64,000 nucleotides of DNA from an uncultured Bacteroidota bacterium (GTDB taxonomy: Bacteria; Bacteroidota; Bacteroidia; Flavobacteriales; Flavobacteriaceae), in contig CACHSA010000003.1 in NCBI GenBank assembly GCA_902582405.1, positions 22,779-86,778 on the forward strand. The letters are read 5' to 3'. Every line of letters begins with the position of its first letter. Position 1 is the first letter of the stretch. A program made the translations under genes and the position numbers. The notes beneath the pieces are model-generated. The model searched no databases, had not been told where the DNA came from, and worked only from the letters and a program-made list of their open reading frames with translations. Of the stretch, positions 17,999-28,664 are shown in pieces.

Positions 17999-20569
17999 CT
18001 ATGCAGAATTTCTGCTAGCGTTAATATTTCCAAAAAGAGATCTTAAAACCAACTTTTCGTAAACTTTTTTATCCCTTACAATTTTGTTTTTCCTAATTTT
18101 CATAAGAGCAAATTGTTGAATTGTTAACAGTGGTAATACAGTCTCTTCTCTTATGTCTATTGACTTTTTACCGGCTGGTTGGTCTTCCATTAGTTCATTT
18201 TGATTAGTTAGTTCTAAAAGTACTTTTTTGGTTAACAGAAATTCTGTGTGCAGCATTTTCCAAAACTCTCCGTATTGTTCATCTTCAGCTATATAATTTG
18301 TTAACCCAAAAAATGATTTTGTAAGACTCATCATACTATTTGCAACAAGAGTTTTGAAAAATAAAGAATTACCGTAAAGCGACTTTACATGTTGAAATTC
18401 ATTGTTTTTTTTAAAATAATTTAATGCAGTTCCAACTCCATAAAAGCCAGGAATATTCTGTTTTGATTGACTCCAAGAACCAACAAATGGAATTGCCCTT
18501 AAATCTTCAAAATTCAAGTTTTTAGACTTAGATCTTGAAGAAGGTCTACTTCCTATGTTTGTTTGAGAATAATACTTTAGTGTAGTCATATTCTCCAAAT
18601 ATCCAATAAACTTTGGATGCTCTTTGAGTTCTAAATATTTATCATAACTAATATTAGCTATTTTATCAAATGTTCTTCGGTCTTCAGTTGAAAATTTTGC
18701 TCTATTAGATTCTAGGACATTATTTTGAAATCCTGAACTCAATAATTGCTCTAAATTGAATTGACTCGAGTCAAGAGTTCCAAAATTAGAACTTATGGTC
18801 TGACCTTGAACAGTTAGTTGTATATCATTTGAAGCTATCTGTTCACCAAGTGAGGCATAAAACTGATGTGTATTTCCCCCTCCTCTAGCTGGTGGACCCC
18901 CCCTACCGTCAAAAAAGGAGATATCAAAATTGAATTCTTCAGATAGTCTAGAAAGTGACTCCTTCGCCTTGTATATACTCCAATTGGCCATAATATAACC
19001 ACCATCTTTAGTTCCATCAGAAAATCCCAACATTACAATTTGTCTGTTTTTTCTATTTCTAAGATGGTTTTGATATAATTTTAATTTATACAGGTTTTTT
19101 AAAACTTGTGTTGAATTTTTCAAATCAGTAATAGTTTCGAATAAGGGAATTATATCAATAGAGGGTTGATGCCATCCAGTCATTCTGATTAAAGCAAATA
19201 GAATCAATATATCTTCTAAAGATGAACAATTTGAGATAATATATCGGTTTGAACCTTTCTCACCATTTAACTTTTGAATAGCACGCATGGATTCAATTGA
19301 TCCTAAAGTATCGACAATTATTGAATCTTTAAAAAAAGAAGAAGCTATATTACCATTAACTTTTGACAGATAGTCTATCTTTTTTTCTTTGTCAAGTGAA
19401 TTATATTTTCTATCTAAACATACATTTAAAAACTTTCTGCATTCTACTGAATCAACAATTTCAACGAAAACTTTTCTCAAAACACGTGAGTCTTGACGGA
19501 TGTCAAGACTAGCAAAATGATAACCAAAAATTTTTACTTTATTGATAAGGTCGTTTACTTCTTCTGCATATATAGCATTATGCTTAGCGTTTAAAATATT
19601 TACTATCTCATTTAATCTATCTTTAAATTCTTTAAGGGTTATGTGTTTAGCTTTGTTTAATAGAGAATTGTACATTCTGTTTTCAGTATCATCTATTATT
19701 TCTTCAACTTCATCAAAAGTTATTTTCCTTTTTAATTTTCGCAAGTCCCTGTAGTAGTTTCTTTGGATAGAATATTTCAGTTTTTCGGCTGTTTTAATAG
19801 AGACATCTGGAGTCACATATGGGTTACCATCACGATCTCCACAAGGCCAAAATCCAAAACTAAAAAGCTCATTCTTCAGTTTTTTACCATCCAAAATATT
19901 TTGCTCGATATAGTTATATATTCTGCTAGATGAGGTGTAAAATACATTTTCTAAGTACCATATCAAGCTCATTGCTTCATCAAATGGGGTAGGCTTCTTT
20001 TTTTTAAAAAATCTAGTTTTTCCAAGTTGTAAAAGCAATTTTTTAATTTCATCAATATTGCCTTTGGAAATAAAAAACGACAAATCATTAATAATACCCA
20101 GAACACTACCAGGATAAAATTGTGTTGGGTGAGCCGTTAAAACAAGATTGATTTTAAATGACTCAAGATAATCACATAGTTCTTTTATCTTACCTTTACC
20201 AGTTGTTTCCTCTTTGATATATCTCAAAGTCCCTCTGCCATGCATATTATTTACAATAGAGAAAGCAGAATCTTCTATTGCATCAAACAAAACTATTTGG
20301 CGTTCAATGAATTGAATAAATGAAAACATCAGATTTATCTTTTCATTATCAGTAAATTCAGCACAATACTTATAAAAAAAAGATTCAACGATAAACAAAG
20401 GAGATTTTTTTTCATTGTAAAGGGATTTACAATGCTCAGAAAAAAGAGGAAGTAGTAATGAAGTTTTTAGAATTGATTTAAAGGGAAGCGTAAGAAACAG
20501 TGAATTATAAATTTCAAATTTTGATAGAACATGTTCATTAAATCTTTCAAGCTTAGTCTTGCGAGCCAT
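17999..20569 (-). CDS. ppc: Phosphoenolpyruvate carboxylase
   Basis: LTAHPTQ, GFSDGTKDGG, FDGRGGPPARGGG, and the C-terminal NASRNSA tail. 856 aa. Confidence 0.95.
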   Translation of the reverse strand: MARKTKLERFNEHVLSKFEIYNSLFLTLPFKSILKTSLLLPLFSEHCKSLYNEKKSPLFIVESFFYKYCAEFTDNEKINLMFSFIQFIERQIVLFDAIEDSAFSIVNNMHGRGTLRYIKEETTGKGKIKELCDYLESFKINLVLTAHPTQFYPGSVLGIINDLSFFISKGNIDEIKKLLLQLGKTRFFKKKKPTPFDEAMSLIWYLENVFYTSSSRIYNYIEQNILDGKKLKNELFSFGFWPCGDRDGNPYVTPDVSIKTAEKLKYSIQRNYYRDLRKLKRKITFDEVEEIIDDTENRMYNSLLNKAKHITLKEFKDRLNEIVNILNAKHNAIYAEEVNDLINKVKIFGYHFASLDIRQDSRVLRKVFVEIVDSVECRKFLNVCLDRKYNSLDKEKKIDYLSKVNGNIASSFFKDSIIVDTLGSIESMRAIQKLNGEKGSNRYIISNCSSLEDILILFALIRMTGWHQPSIDIIPLFETITDLKNSTQVLKNLYKLKLYQNHLRNRKNRQIVMLGFSDGTKDGGYIMANWSIYKAKESLSRLSEEFNFDISFFDGRGGPPARGGGNTHQFYASLGEQIASNDIQLTVQGQTISSNFGTLDSSQFNLEQLLSSGFQNNVLESNRAKFSTEDRRTFDKIANISYDKYLELKEHPKFIGYLENMTTLKYYSQTNIGSRPSSRSKSKNLNFEDLRAIPFVGSWSQSKQNIPGFYGVGTALNYFKKNNEFQHVKSLYGNSLFFKTLVANSMMSLTKSFFGLTNYIAEDEQYGEFWKMLHTEFLLTKKVLLELTNQNELMEDQPAGKKSIDIREETVLPLLTIQQFALMKIRKNKIVRDKKVYEKLVLRSLFGNINASRNSA

Positions 20570-20576
20570 ATAAAGT

Positions 20577-21056
20577 TTATAGATCTGAAAATATGGTGTG
20601 CATTAATCTCTTCTTATCATTTATACTTTCTTCAAGTGAAATCATAGTTTCTGACCTAGATATTCCAGGAATATCGTCTATCGTAAAAATAAGATCTTTC
20701 GCATGTTTAGTGTCTTTAGCCCTTAGTTTACAATAAATATTAAATTTTCCTGTAGTTATGTGAGCAACAGTGACATTAGGAATTTTTTCTAACTCAGATA
20801 GAACTTTGGACGTCATATCATTTCTTTCTAGATATATTCCAATGTAAGCAATAAAAGAGTAGCCTAATTTTTCATAGTCCAAGTTAAGGGAGGATCCCTT
20901 AAGAATTCCAGCATCTTCCATTTTTTTTACCCTCACGTGAACTGTTCCAGCTGAAACAAGCAATTTCTTAGAAATATCAGTGAAAGGAATTCTAGCATTA
21001 TCAATCAAAATATCGAGTATTTGATGGTCTATTTCATCTAGTTTGATTTTTTTCAT
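20577..21056 (-). CDS. Lrp/AsnC family transcriptional regulator
   Basis: The N-terminal HTH is LDEIDHQILDILIDNARIPFTDISKKLLVSAGTVHVRVKKMEDAGIL, followed by a RAM/ACT-like domain. 159 aa. Confidence 0.9.
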   Translation of the reverse strand: MKKIKLDEIDHQILDILIDNARIPFTDISKKLLVSAGTVHVRVKKMEDAGILKGSSLNLDYEKLGYSFIAYIGIYLERNDMTSKVLSELEKIPNVTVAHITTGKFNIYCKLRAKDTKHAKDLIFTIDDIPGISRSETMISLEESINDKKRLMHTIFSDL

Positions 21057-21068
21057 AATTTTAATTAT

Positions 21069-22160
21069 TCATTTTAAAAATAAGCTAAAATCTAAGAATA
21101 ATTTTAATTTTTCTATAATTTTTTGATTATTTTGTTCCAAGTCTATTGATTTATTGGTAAATTTTGAAAAATCTATAATTCTATTTCCATAAAGTTTTTT
21201 AGTAGTTTCTTTTTCAACTTTTGGATAAAAATAAACTTTGTCGTTTTGCAAACACTCATCAAATTGAATGAAAAGCTTATTTGATAACCCCGATGAAGAC
21301 GTAATATTTCTAATTTCAAGGTCCCTTAGACAATCATGATTTTCTGGAATAGAAAAATAAGTTTCAGTATTTGATTTAATTCGATTTTCATAAGCGAATA
21401 AATTCAAAAAATTTAAAATACACTTGTGAACTTCATTTACTACCAAATTTCTCCCAAAATCATCTGGATGGTGACCAGCTTCTATTAAAATGGTGGGTGT
21501 ATTTTGTGACATAAAAAAATCACCGAAACAATTGATATTAAATTCGTCACTGTAGCGGCCAATAGACCAATTAGAACTTGGCTTTATGTTTTCATAGACT
21601 TTACCAATCATTGTCATTGCCTTTTTTCTGACCTCATTGATAGATTTCGATTCATTGTAAGAAGGAGCCAGAAAAGAAATCAGTGCTGGTAAGTTTGAAT
21701 CTCCTGAAGCATAAACTGAGCGTTGATCATGAAGATTAATACAAAAATTGGGTTTAAAATTGCTAAAAAAAGAAACGAGTAATTTTGATTCGGGTTGTGT
21801 CATTTTTACTGCATCTCTATTTAAGTCTACACCATTGGCATTAAATCTATTATATGTATTGGATCCGTCAGGATTTAATTGATATATAACCTTAATTTCT
21901 AAATCATAGAATATATTTGATTTTTTTATGGTTAAATCAGAAAAAAGTTGGATTAAAGAACGTGTTGTAGTACTCTCATTTCCGTGCATTTGTGACCAAA
22001 TCAAAACTTTTCTTTTACCGGAACCAAATGAAGATATTAGTATTGGTCTATTTTCAACAGAATAACCCAAAATAGATGTGTAGTCGTCTAGATAATTTTT
22101 AGTTAATAAATCATCGAGTTTTGCGGGAGGTAAGTATCGTTTATTTTTAAATGTGTACAC
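21069..22160 (-). CDS. M14-family zinc carboxypeptidase-like protein (no signal peptide)
   Basis: Zn ligands and catalytic residues appear in M14 order: QMHGNEST (HxxE), NPDG, DLNRD, INLHDQ, IEAGHH. It carries an extra C-terminal domain of about 100 aa. Confidence 0.8.
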   Translation of the reverse strand: MYTFKNKRYLPPAKLDDLLTKNYLDDYTSILGYSVENRPILISSFGSGKRKVLIWSQMHGNESTTTRSLIQLFSDLTIKKSNIFYDLEIKVIYQLNPDGSNTYNRFNANGVDLNRDAVKMTQPESKLLVSFFSNFKPNFCINLHDQRSVYASGDSNLPALISFLAPSYNESKSINEVRKKAMTMIGKVYENIKPSSNWSIGRYSDEFNINCFGDFFMSQNTPTILIEAGHHPDDFGRNLVVNEVHKCILNFLNLFAYENRIKSNTETYFSIPENHDCLRDLEIRNITSSSGLSNKLFIQFDECLQNDKVYFYPKVEKETTKKLYGNRIIDFSKFTNKSIDLEQNNQKIIEKLKLFLDFSLFLK

Positions 22161-22202
22161 ATTGCAAAGTTATAAAATGAAAAACTAATTTATCTTCTTA
22201 AT

Positions 22203-22222
22203 TTGTATACAATTGTATACAA
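22203..22222. promoter_or_regulatory. Tandem pair of 10-bp palindromes TTGTATACAA-TTGTATACAA (candidate operator)
   Basis: With its flanks (22202-22223, TTTGTATACAATTGTATACAAA) it is a perfect 22-bp palindrome. It lies in the 209-nt divergent intergenic region, 43 nt upstream of the M14 gene start. Confidence 0.5.
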
Positions 22223-22368
22223 AAATTAACAGTTTTTTAATAAAAATAAAAAATTATATATAAAATATTGATAATCATTATTTTAAGTATACTAAATTAA
22301 ATAGATTATTTAATAAATAACTTTGAGAATATTTTCTTTAATTTTCGAAATAAATAAAATATTATTAA

Positions 22369-22380
22369 ATTGTATACAAT
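22369..22380. promoter_or_regulatory. Third copy of the palindrome (ATTGTATACAAT), overlapping the regulator start codon
   Basis: It has the same TTGTATACAA core as the tandem pair. Its last two bases are the AT of the likely ATG (22379) of the XRE-type gene. Confidence 0.45.
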
Positions 22381-22723
22381 GATAAACTACGATTTGATAG
22401 TCTTAAGAATTAGGGAGTTGATGAATAAAAATAACTTAACCCCTTCATCATTTTCTAAAAAAATTCAATCAAAAAGAGCAAATGTCTCCCACATCTTATC
22501 AGGAAGAAACAAACCTAGTTTAAATTTTTTAATTAAAATTGTAAATTCTTTCGATAACATTTCATTAGATTGGTTTATAGGTAATGGTGAGACTTCCCTA
22601 GATAAATACAAAGGAACTTCTAATTTAGATTCAAAAGCGAGAGAAACGAGTTCAAATAAAATTAAAACCATAGTGCACTTTTATGAAAATGGAACTTTTA
22701 AGATTTTCAAAAACTCTGATTAA
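22379..22723 (+). CDS. XRE-family helix-turn-helix transcriptional regulator
   Basis: HTH_3-like LRIRELMNKNNLTPSSFSKKIQSKRANVSHILSGRNKPSLNFLIKIV. The track start at 22370 is a TTG; the in-frame ATG at 22379 (MINYDL...) is preferred. Confidence 0.8.
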   Translation: MINYDLIVLRIRELMNKNNLTPSSFSKKIQSKRANVSHILSGRNKPSLNFLIKIVNSFDNISLDWFIGNGETSLDKYKGTSNLDSKARETSSNKIKTIVHFYENGTFKIFKNSD

Positions 22724-23135
22724 TCTTGATTTTATAAAGCAATACGCAGTCTTTTTCCTGCTATTATTTTACTATTCATGCTATAAAATTGAAAGAAATT
22801 GCTCTAATTTTAGATATGGTACTTTTAAATATGAAAGGGTAATTGGAGATAAATTATCTACTTCCTATTTTATTAGAGAGAATGATATTGAAATTGAGTA
22901 TTATAACAACAGAATAGACACCTCTAAAATAAATTGGGTAAATGAATGTGAGTTCATTTTAAAAAAATTAAATCCAATGAATAACATTGAAAAAAAACCA
23001 ATATCTATAAAAATTATAAGTACTCATAAAGATAGCTATGATTTTGAGTTTTCCTTAGTTGGGGATAAGAAAAATAGACAGAGAGGAAATATTATTAAAA
23101 TTAGTGATAACCTAGAATTACCCTCAGAATTTTAA
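22683..23135 (+). CDS. Hypothetical small lipoprotein
   Basis: Lipobox-like AVFFLLLFYYSC followed by a soluble domain of about 115 aa. It overlaps the regulator's 3' end by 41 nt, and the start is uncertain. Confidence 0.5.
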   Translation: MKMELLRFSKTLINLDFIKQYAVFFLLLFYYSCYKIERNCSNFRYGTFKYERVIGDKLSTSYFIRENDIEIEYYNNRIDTSKINWVNECEFILKKLNPMNNIEKKPISIKIISTHKDSYDFEFSLVGDKKNRQRGNIIKISDNLELPSEF

Positions 23136-25745
23136 TTTTATTTGGGTTTTATCAGGACTTTGGACTAATTTAGAACCATTAACATCTAATTGACTTATAA
23201 CTCTATTTTCTTCTTCATGATCATACGGTAAGCTTTCAAACAAATAAATCTTATTAATCTTCATATTGGAATATTTTTTTTCAGTTATAAGACGATTTCC
23301 ACTAGCCTTGAATCCTTTTACATCTATAAATTCCTCTACATTAATCTTTTTTTCTTGATTTAACTCCTCCCCTCTGTTCTTTTTAAATTGAATATTTATA
23401 ACTGGTCTCCACTCGGTTGTGATAAAAATTAATTTACTCATATCTTTTAAATAAGGAATTTCCTTGTTTTCATTCTCAATTAAAAATCTTTTAATATAAA
23501 AATCTTTTTTACTTTCATCAAAGTAAACCAAAGTGACAGGTTTTCCCTTAATCCATCTTTCAATTACTAATGGAATCCCTTTAAATTGAGTAGATAGTTC
23601 TGGGCTTGTTGTTTTTAAGGTACCATCATCGCTAATAACAAGAAGTAAATCCTCGGGTCTGAAGGCCCCAAGAGGATTTCCTCTAGAATCTAAATTTAAT
23701 TTTAAGACAATTGGGTCAAACCACACATTTCTTGGTTTTAAGGTAGAAAGACCCTTTTCTTTAAATTCTACCTTTAAAAGAGGATGTTTTGATAAAATAT
23801 TGCCTCTTGCACTTCTGCTTTTTATTTGGTAATGTGAAAAGTCTTCATCATAATCTCTTTTTCTTAAATTCTCAGTGCTTTTTGATTTTTTTATATAATA
23901 TCTAATTTTTTCTGCCTCTCCGTTAGAATTAGCTGTAAAGTATAAAACAGTACTACCAGGGTTACCTTGTGTAATGTCGTAAACCTTGTCTCGGGTAACC
24001 CCAGTAACAGCAAATCTTTTGATATAAGAAATTCTAGATCTCCCGTCTTTATAAATTAAATTGTAAATTGTTCTAGAATCTTTTTTCTTGAAAACTGAAA
24101 CGTATTTGATCCCCTTTTCTATGAAAATTTTGCTTTCCACCCTCACTACTTTCATCTTCCCAGATTTTGTAAATATAATTATATCATCAATATCTGAGCA
24201 ATCACAAACATATTCATCTTTTCGTAACGAAGTTCCAATAAACCCTTCATCTCTATTAACATAAAGTTTCAAATTTCTAGTAACAACCTTTGTCGCATCA
24301 ACGTTGTCAAAAACTCTAATTTCAGTTCTTCTGTCTTTACCCTTCCCATATTGTTTTAACAAACCCTCGAAATAACTAATAGAATAGTCAATTAGATTTT
24401 TAAGATTATTTTTAATTATAGAAATTGATTCTTCAATTTGATTGATTTTCTCTATAGCTTTATTTAAATCAAATCTAGAAATCTTTTTTATTTTTATTTC
24501 TGTTAATCTAAGTATATCGTCATCATCAATTTCATATTTAATTTGACTTTCAAATGGAATTAAACCATTTCGAATTGAATCTATAACTCCCTCCCAAGTA
24601 TTTTCTTTTTCAATATTTCTATATATTTTATTTTCAATAAAAATCCTTTCTAGAGTTGAAAATCTCCACTGATTTTCTAAATCTTCTAGCCTAACCTTTA
24701 GTTCTTTTTTTAATAATTCCACCGTATTATCAGTAGATGCTTTTAAAATATCAGTTATTCCTGTAAAACTAGGTTTATTATTAATTATAACACATCCTTG
24801 AGGGGAAATAGAAGTTTCACAGTAAGTAAATGCATAAAGAGCATCTATTGTCTTATCAGGAGAAATACCAGATGGAAGATGTATTAAAATTTCCACTTCT
24901 GAGGAAGTATTATCCTCAATTTTTTTAATCTTAATTTTACCTTTATCGTTAGCTTTTAGAATTGACTCTATTAATGAGGTAGTTGTGGTACCAAAAGGTA
25001 TTTCTGATATGACTAAGGTATTTTTGTCTTTTAATAAAACTCTTGCACGAACTTTTATCTTTCCACCTCTCTCACCATCATTGTAATTTTGTACATCCAT
25101 AATTCCTCCTGTTTGAAAGTCTGGAAAAACTCTAAAGCTTCTACCTTTTAAATAAGAAATACTAGCTTTTATTAATTCTTTAAAATTATGAGGTAGAATC
25201 TTTGTTGAAAGACCAACGGCAATCCCCTCAGCACCTTGTTCTAAAAGTAAAGGAAATTTTATCGGAAGATGAACTGGTTCTTTTTTCCTGCCATCATAAG
25301 ATAATTGCCATTCTGTAATTTTTGGACTAAACACAACCTCAAGAGCAAATTTTGATAATCTCGCCTCGATATACCTAGATGCTGCAGCTCTGTCTCCTGT
25401 AAGAATGTTGCCCCAGTTTCCTTGGGTTTCAATCAGTAAATCTTTTTGTCCGATTTGAACAATTGCGTCAGATATACTTGCGTCGCCGTGAGGATGAAAC
25501 TGCATTGTGTGACCAACTATATTAGCTACTTTGTTAAAACGACCATCGTCTAATTCTCTCATTGAATGTAAAATTCTCCTTTGAACAGGTTTTAGACCAT
25601 CAAAAATGTTAGGTATTGCTCTTTCTAAAATTACATACGAAGCGTAATCTAAAAACCAGTTTTTATACATACCAGTTACAGGTACGAGCTTCTCATCAGA
25701 ATTTAATGAATTTTCTTTACTGTAAAAATCTAAATTTTCGTCCAT
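23124..25745 (-). CDS. parC: DNA topoisomerase IV subunit A (type IIA, GyrA/ParC family)
   Basis: YASYVILERAIPNIFDGLKPVQRRIL, HPHGD, and the active-site AASRYIEARL. 873 aa, immediately downstream of parE. Confidence 0.9.
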   Translation of the reverse strand: MDENLDFYSKENSLNSDEKLVPVTGMYKNWFLDYASYVILERAIPNIFDGLKPVQRRILHSMRELDDGRFNKVANIVGHTMQFHPHGDASISDAIVQIGQKDLLIETQGNWGNILTGDRAAASRYIEARLSKFALEVVFSPKITEWQLSYDGRKKEPVHLPIKFPLLLEQGAEGIAVGLSTKILPHNFKELIKASISYLKGRSFRVFPDFQTGGIMDVQNYNDGERGGKIKVRARVLLKDKNTLVISEIPFGTTTTSLIESILKANDKGKIKIKKIEDNTSSEVEILIHLPSGISPDKTIDALYAFTYCETSISPQGCVIINNKPSFTGITDILKASTDNTVELLKKELKVRLEDLENQWRFSTLERIFIENKIYRNIEKENTWEGVIDSIRNGLIPFESQIKYEIDDDDILRLTEIKIKKISRFDLNKAIEKINQIEESISIIKNNLKNLIDYSISYFEGLLKQYGKGKDRRTEIRVFDNVDATKVVTRNLKLYVNRDEGFIGTSLRKDEYVCDCSDIDDIIIFTKSGKMKVVRVESKIFIEKGIKYVSVFKKKDSRTIYNLIYKDGRSRISYIKRFAVTGVTRDKVYDITQGNPGSTVLYFTANSNGEAEKIRYYIKKSKSTENLRKRDYDEDFSHYQIKSRSARGNILSKHPLLKVEFKEKGLSTLKPRNVWFDPIVLKLNLDSRGNPLGAFRPEDLLLVISDDGTLKTTSPELSTQFKGIPLVIERWIKGKPVTLVYFDESKKDFYIKRFLIENENKEIPYLKDMSKLIFITTEWRPVINIQFKKNRGEELNQEKKINVEEFIDVKGFKASGNRLITEKKYSNMKINKIYLFESLPYDHEEENRVISQLDVNGSKLVQSPDKTQIKLKF

Positions 25746-25750
25746 ATCAA

Positions 25751-27607
25751 TTAAACAGTGTCAATTAAATCGGCTTCAATTTTTAAATTATCAATAATGA
25801 AGTTTTGTCTATCCGGGGTGTTTTTTCCCATATAAAAACCTAATAGTTCCTCAATGGTTGTCTCTTTATCCATTCTGATTGGGTCTAAACGAATACTTTC
25901 ACCTATAAAATATTTAAATTCATCTGGAGATATTTCACCTAAACCTTTAAACCTTGTTATTTCTGAATTTAAACCTAAATTATTAATTGCCTTATTTTTT
26001 TCAGACTCTGAATAACAATATTCAGTTTTCTTACTATTCCTTACTCTAAATAAAGGAGTTTGTAAAATATATAAATGCCCTTCTTTAACTAATTCTGGAA
26101 AAAATTGTAAAAAAAAGGTGATCAATAAAAGTCTTATATGCATGCCATCTACATCGGCATCAGTTGCAATCACTATTTTGTTATAACGAAGACCTTCAAG
26201 ACTATTTTCAATATTTAAAGCAGCTTGCAAAAGATTAAACTCTTCATTTTCATAAACTATTTTTTTTGACATACCGAAAGTATTCAATGGTTTTCCTCTT
26301 AGACTGAATACTGCTTGTGTATTGACGTCACGAGACTTCGTGATGGATCCACTAGCTGAGTCACCTTCAGTAATAAAAATTGTTGAATCTAATCTTCTGT
26401 CTTTGCCAATATCTCCAAGATGAATTCTACAATCCCTTAGTTTTTTATTGTGTAGACTTGCCTTTTTAGCTCTTTCTCTTGCGATTTTTCTAATTCCCGA
26501 TAGTTCTTTTCTTTCTTTTTCCGCTTGAAGGATTTTTTTTTGAATTAAATCTGCAATCTCGGCATTTTTATGGAGAAAATTATCTAATTGTGTTCCAAGG
26601 AAATCAATTATATATGAACGTACTGAGGGTAAACCGTCTCCCATCTCAGTTGAACCAAGTTTCGTTTTAGTTTGTGACTCAAAAACGGGTTCCATAACCT
26701 TAATGCTAATTGATGACATAATTGATTTTCTTATATCCGATGAATCATAATTTTTTCCAAAAAATTCTCTAATTGTTTTGACATATCCTTCTCTAAAAGC
26801 TAACAAATGCGTTCCTCCCTGAGTTGTATTTTGTCCATTAACAAATGAATGGTATTCTTCACTATACTGTGTCCTGCTATGGGTAAAAGCAACCTCTATG
26901 TCATTACCTTTTAAATGAATTATTGGGTACAAAAAATCATTTATGTTTGATTGATCTTCTAGTAAGTCACGTAGACCATTTTGAGAATAAAAAGTTTTAT
27001 TATTATAATAAATTTTTAGACCTGGATTTAAAAAAACATAATGTTTCAGCATTCTCTCAATATGTTCATCTCTAAATTTATACGATTTAAAAATTAATTT
27101 GTCAGGTGTAAATCTAATCTCTGTACCATTTTTTTTAACTGACTTTTCATTCTCAAACTCTTTAACCAAAACACCACATTGGAAACTAGCTGATTTTGAC
27201 TTCCCATCTCTAATAGATTCAACAGTAAATGATGAAGATAGGGCGTTTACAGCTTTAGTTCCAACTCCATTTAAACCCACAGACTTTTTGAATGCTCTAG
27301 AATCATATTTCCCCCCAGTATTCATTTTAGAAACAACTTCAACTAACTTCCCTAGAGGAATACCCCTTCCATAATCACGGACACAAATTTCAATCTGATT
27401 TGTTTCAATTTCAATTTTTTTTCCAGATCCCATAACAAACTCGTCAATAGAGTTGTCTATAATTTCTTTTAAGAGAATATAAATTCCATCGTCAGAATAA
27501 GAACCATCTCCTAACTTTCCAATATACATACCTGGCCTAGTTCGAATATGATCCTTCCAATCTAAAGATTTTATATTTTCCTCAGTATACTTAATCTGTT
27601 CTGACAT
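25751..27607 (-). CDS. parE: DNA topoisomerase IV subunit B (type IIA, GyrB/ParE family)
   Basis: RTRPGMYIG, the GHKL ATPase motif [18 protein letters not shown], and the Toprim motifs EGDSA and DADVDGMHI. Confidence 0.92.
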   Translation of the reverse strand: MSEQIKYTEENIKSLDWKDHIRTRPGMYIGKLGDGSYSDDGIYILLKEIIDNSIDEFVMGSGKKIEIETNQIEICVRDYGRGIPLGKLVEVVSKMNTGGKYDSRAFKKSVGLNGVGTKAVNALSSSFTVESIRDGKSKSASFQCGVLVKEFENEKSVKKNGTEIRFTPDKLIFKSYKFRDEHIERMLKHYVFLNPGLKIYYNNKTFYSQNGLRDLLEDQSNINDFLYPIIHLKGNDIEVAFTHSRTQYSEEYHSFVNGQNTTQGGTHLLAFREGYVKTIREFFGKNYDSSDIRKSIMSSISIKVMEPVFESQTKTKLGSTEMGDGLPSVRSYIIDFLGTQLDNFLHKNAEIADLIQKKILQAEKERKELSGIRKIARERAKKASLHNKKLRDCRIHLGDIGKDRRLDSTIFITEGDSASGSITKSRDVNTQAVFSLRGKPLNTFGMSKKIVYENEEFNLLQAALNIENSLEGLRYNKIVIATDADVDGMHIRLLLITFFLQFFPELVKEGHLYILQTPLFRVRNSKKTEYCYSESEKNKAINNLGLNSEITRFKGLGEISPDEFKYFIGESIRLDPIRMDKETTIEELLGFYMGKNTPDRQNFIIDNLKIEADLIDTV

Positions 27608-27710
27608 AGTTAGGTAAATATAATAGTTGATTCACTAGATATGTATGTGTATATAATAAAAGTAATTAACACATTGGGGTTGAAAACTATCTGATTTTTA
27701 ATATTTGCTT

Positions 27711-28658
27711 TTAATAATTCTCAAGAAAACTTAAAATATTATCTTTTACTCTGTTTTCAATATTTTTAATTTTAGCAGGTATAAATTTTTTTCCAGTAAT
27801 AATTTCATATAATTCAATATACCTCTCTGAAATCATATTAGTAAAATTAGAATCTATTTCAGGTAATTGCTGCCCTTTCAGACCCTGGAAACCACGGGAA
27901 ATCAACCATTGTCTGGCAAACTCTTTTGATAACTGCTTTTGAATAAGCCCCTTTTTTTGTCTCTCTTCGTAACCATCAAGATAAAAATATCTTGAAGAAT
28001 CGGGTGTATGAATTTCATCTATAAGTAAAATCTCACCATCTTTAGATTTACCAAATTCATATTTTGTATCAACCAAAATTAGGCCTCTTTGACTAGCTAT
28101 TTTTGAGCCTTTTTCAAAAAGTATATTAGTATAACTTTCAATTTTCTCATAATCACATTCAGAAACAAGACCTTTATCTAATATTTCTTCTTTTGAAATA
28201 TCCTCATCATGACCATTATCAGATTTTGTTGAGGGAGTAATTATTGGAATTTCAAAAGGATCATTTTCATTCATATTGTTAGGCATTTTTACTCCAGAAA
28301 TACATCTTTTCCCTTTTTTATATTCTCTTGCTGCGTGTCCTGATAGATATCCTCTAATTATCATTTCAACTTTGAAGGGCTCACACCTTTTCCCAATTGA
28401 AACGATAGGATCAGGGGAAGATATCAGCCAATTCGGAACAAGTTCTTTTGTTGAATTAAGCATATGTAGTGAAATTTGATTTAATATTTGACCTTTATAG
28501 GGAATCCCATTTGGCAAAACAGTATCAAATGCAGATAGGCGGTCTGTAGTTATTACAACTATAAGGTTATCTCTCAGAGATATCACCTCTCTCACCTTTC
28601 CGGTATATTTTGATAATTGATTTGGTAACTCGAAATTAGTTGATTCTAAAGTATTCAT
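27711..28658 (-). CDS. purC: SAICAR synthetase (long form)
   Basis: [24 protein letters not shown], and [11 protein letters not shown]. Confidence 0.94.
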   Translation of the reverse strand: MNTLESTNFELPNQLSKYTGKVREVISLRDNLIVVITTDRLSAFDTVLPNGIPYKGQILNQISLHMLNSTKELVPNWLISSPDPIVSIGKRCEPFKVEMIIRGYLSGHAAREYKKGKRCISGVKMPNNMNENDPFEIPIITPSTKSDNGHDEDISKEEILDKGLVSECDYEKIESYTNILFEKGSKIASQRGLILVDTKYEFGKSKDGEILLIDEIHTPDSSRYFYLDGYEERQKKGLIQKQLSKEFARQWLISRGFQGLKGQQLPEIDSNFTNMISERYIELYEIITGKKFIPAKIKNIENRVKDNILSFLENY

Positions 28659-28664
28659 TCGATT

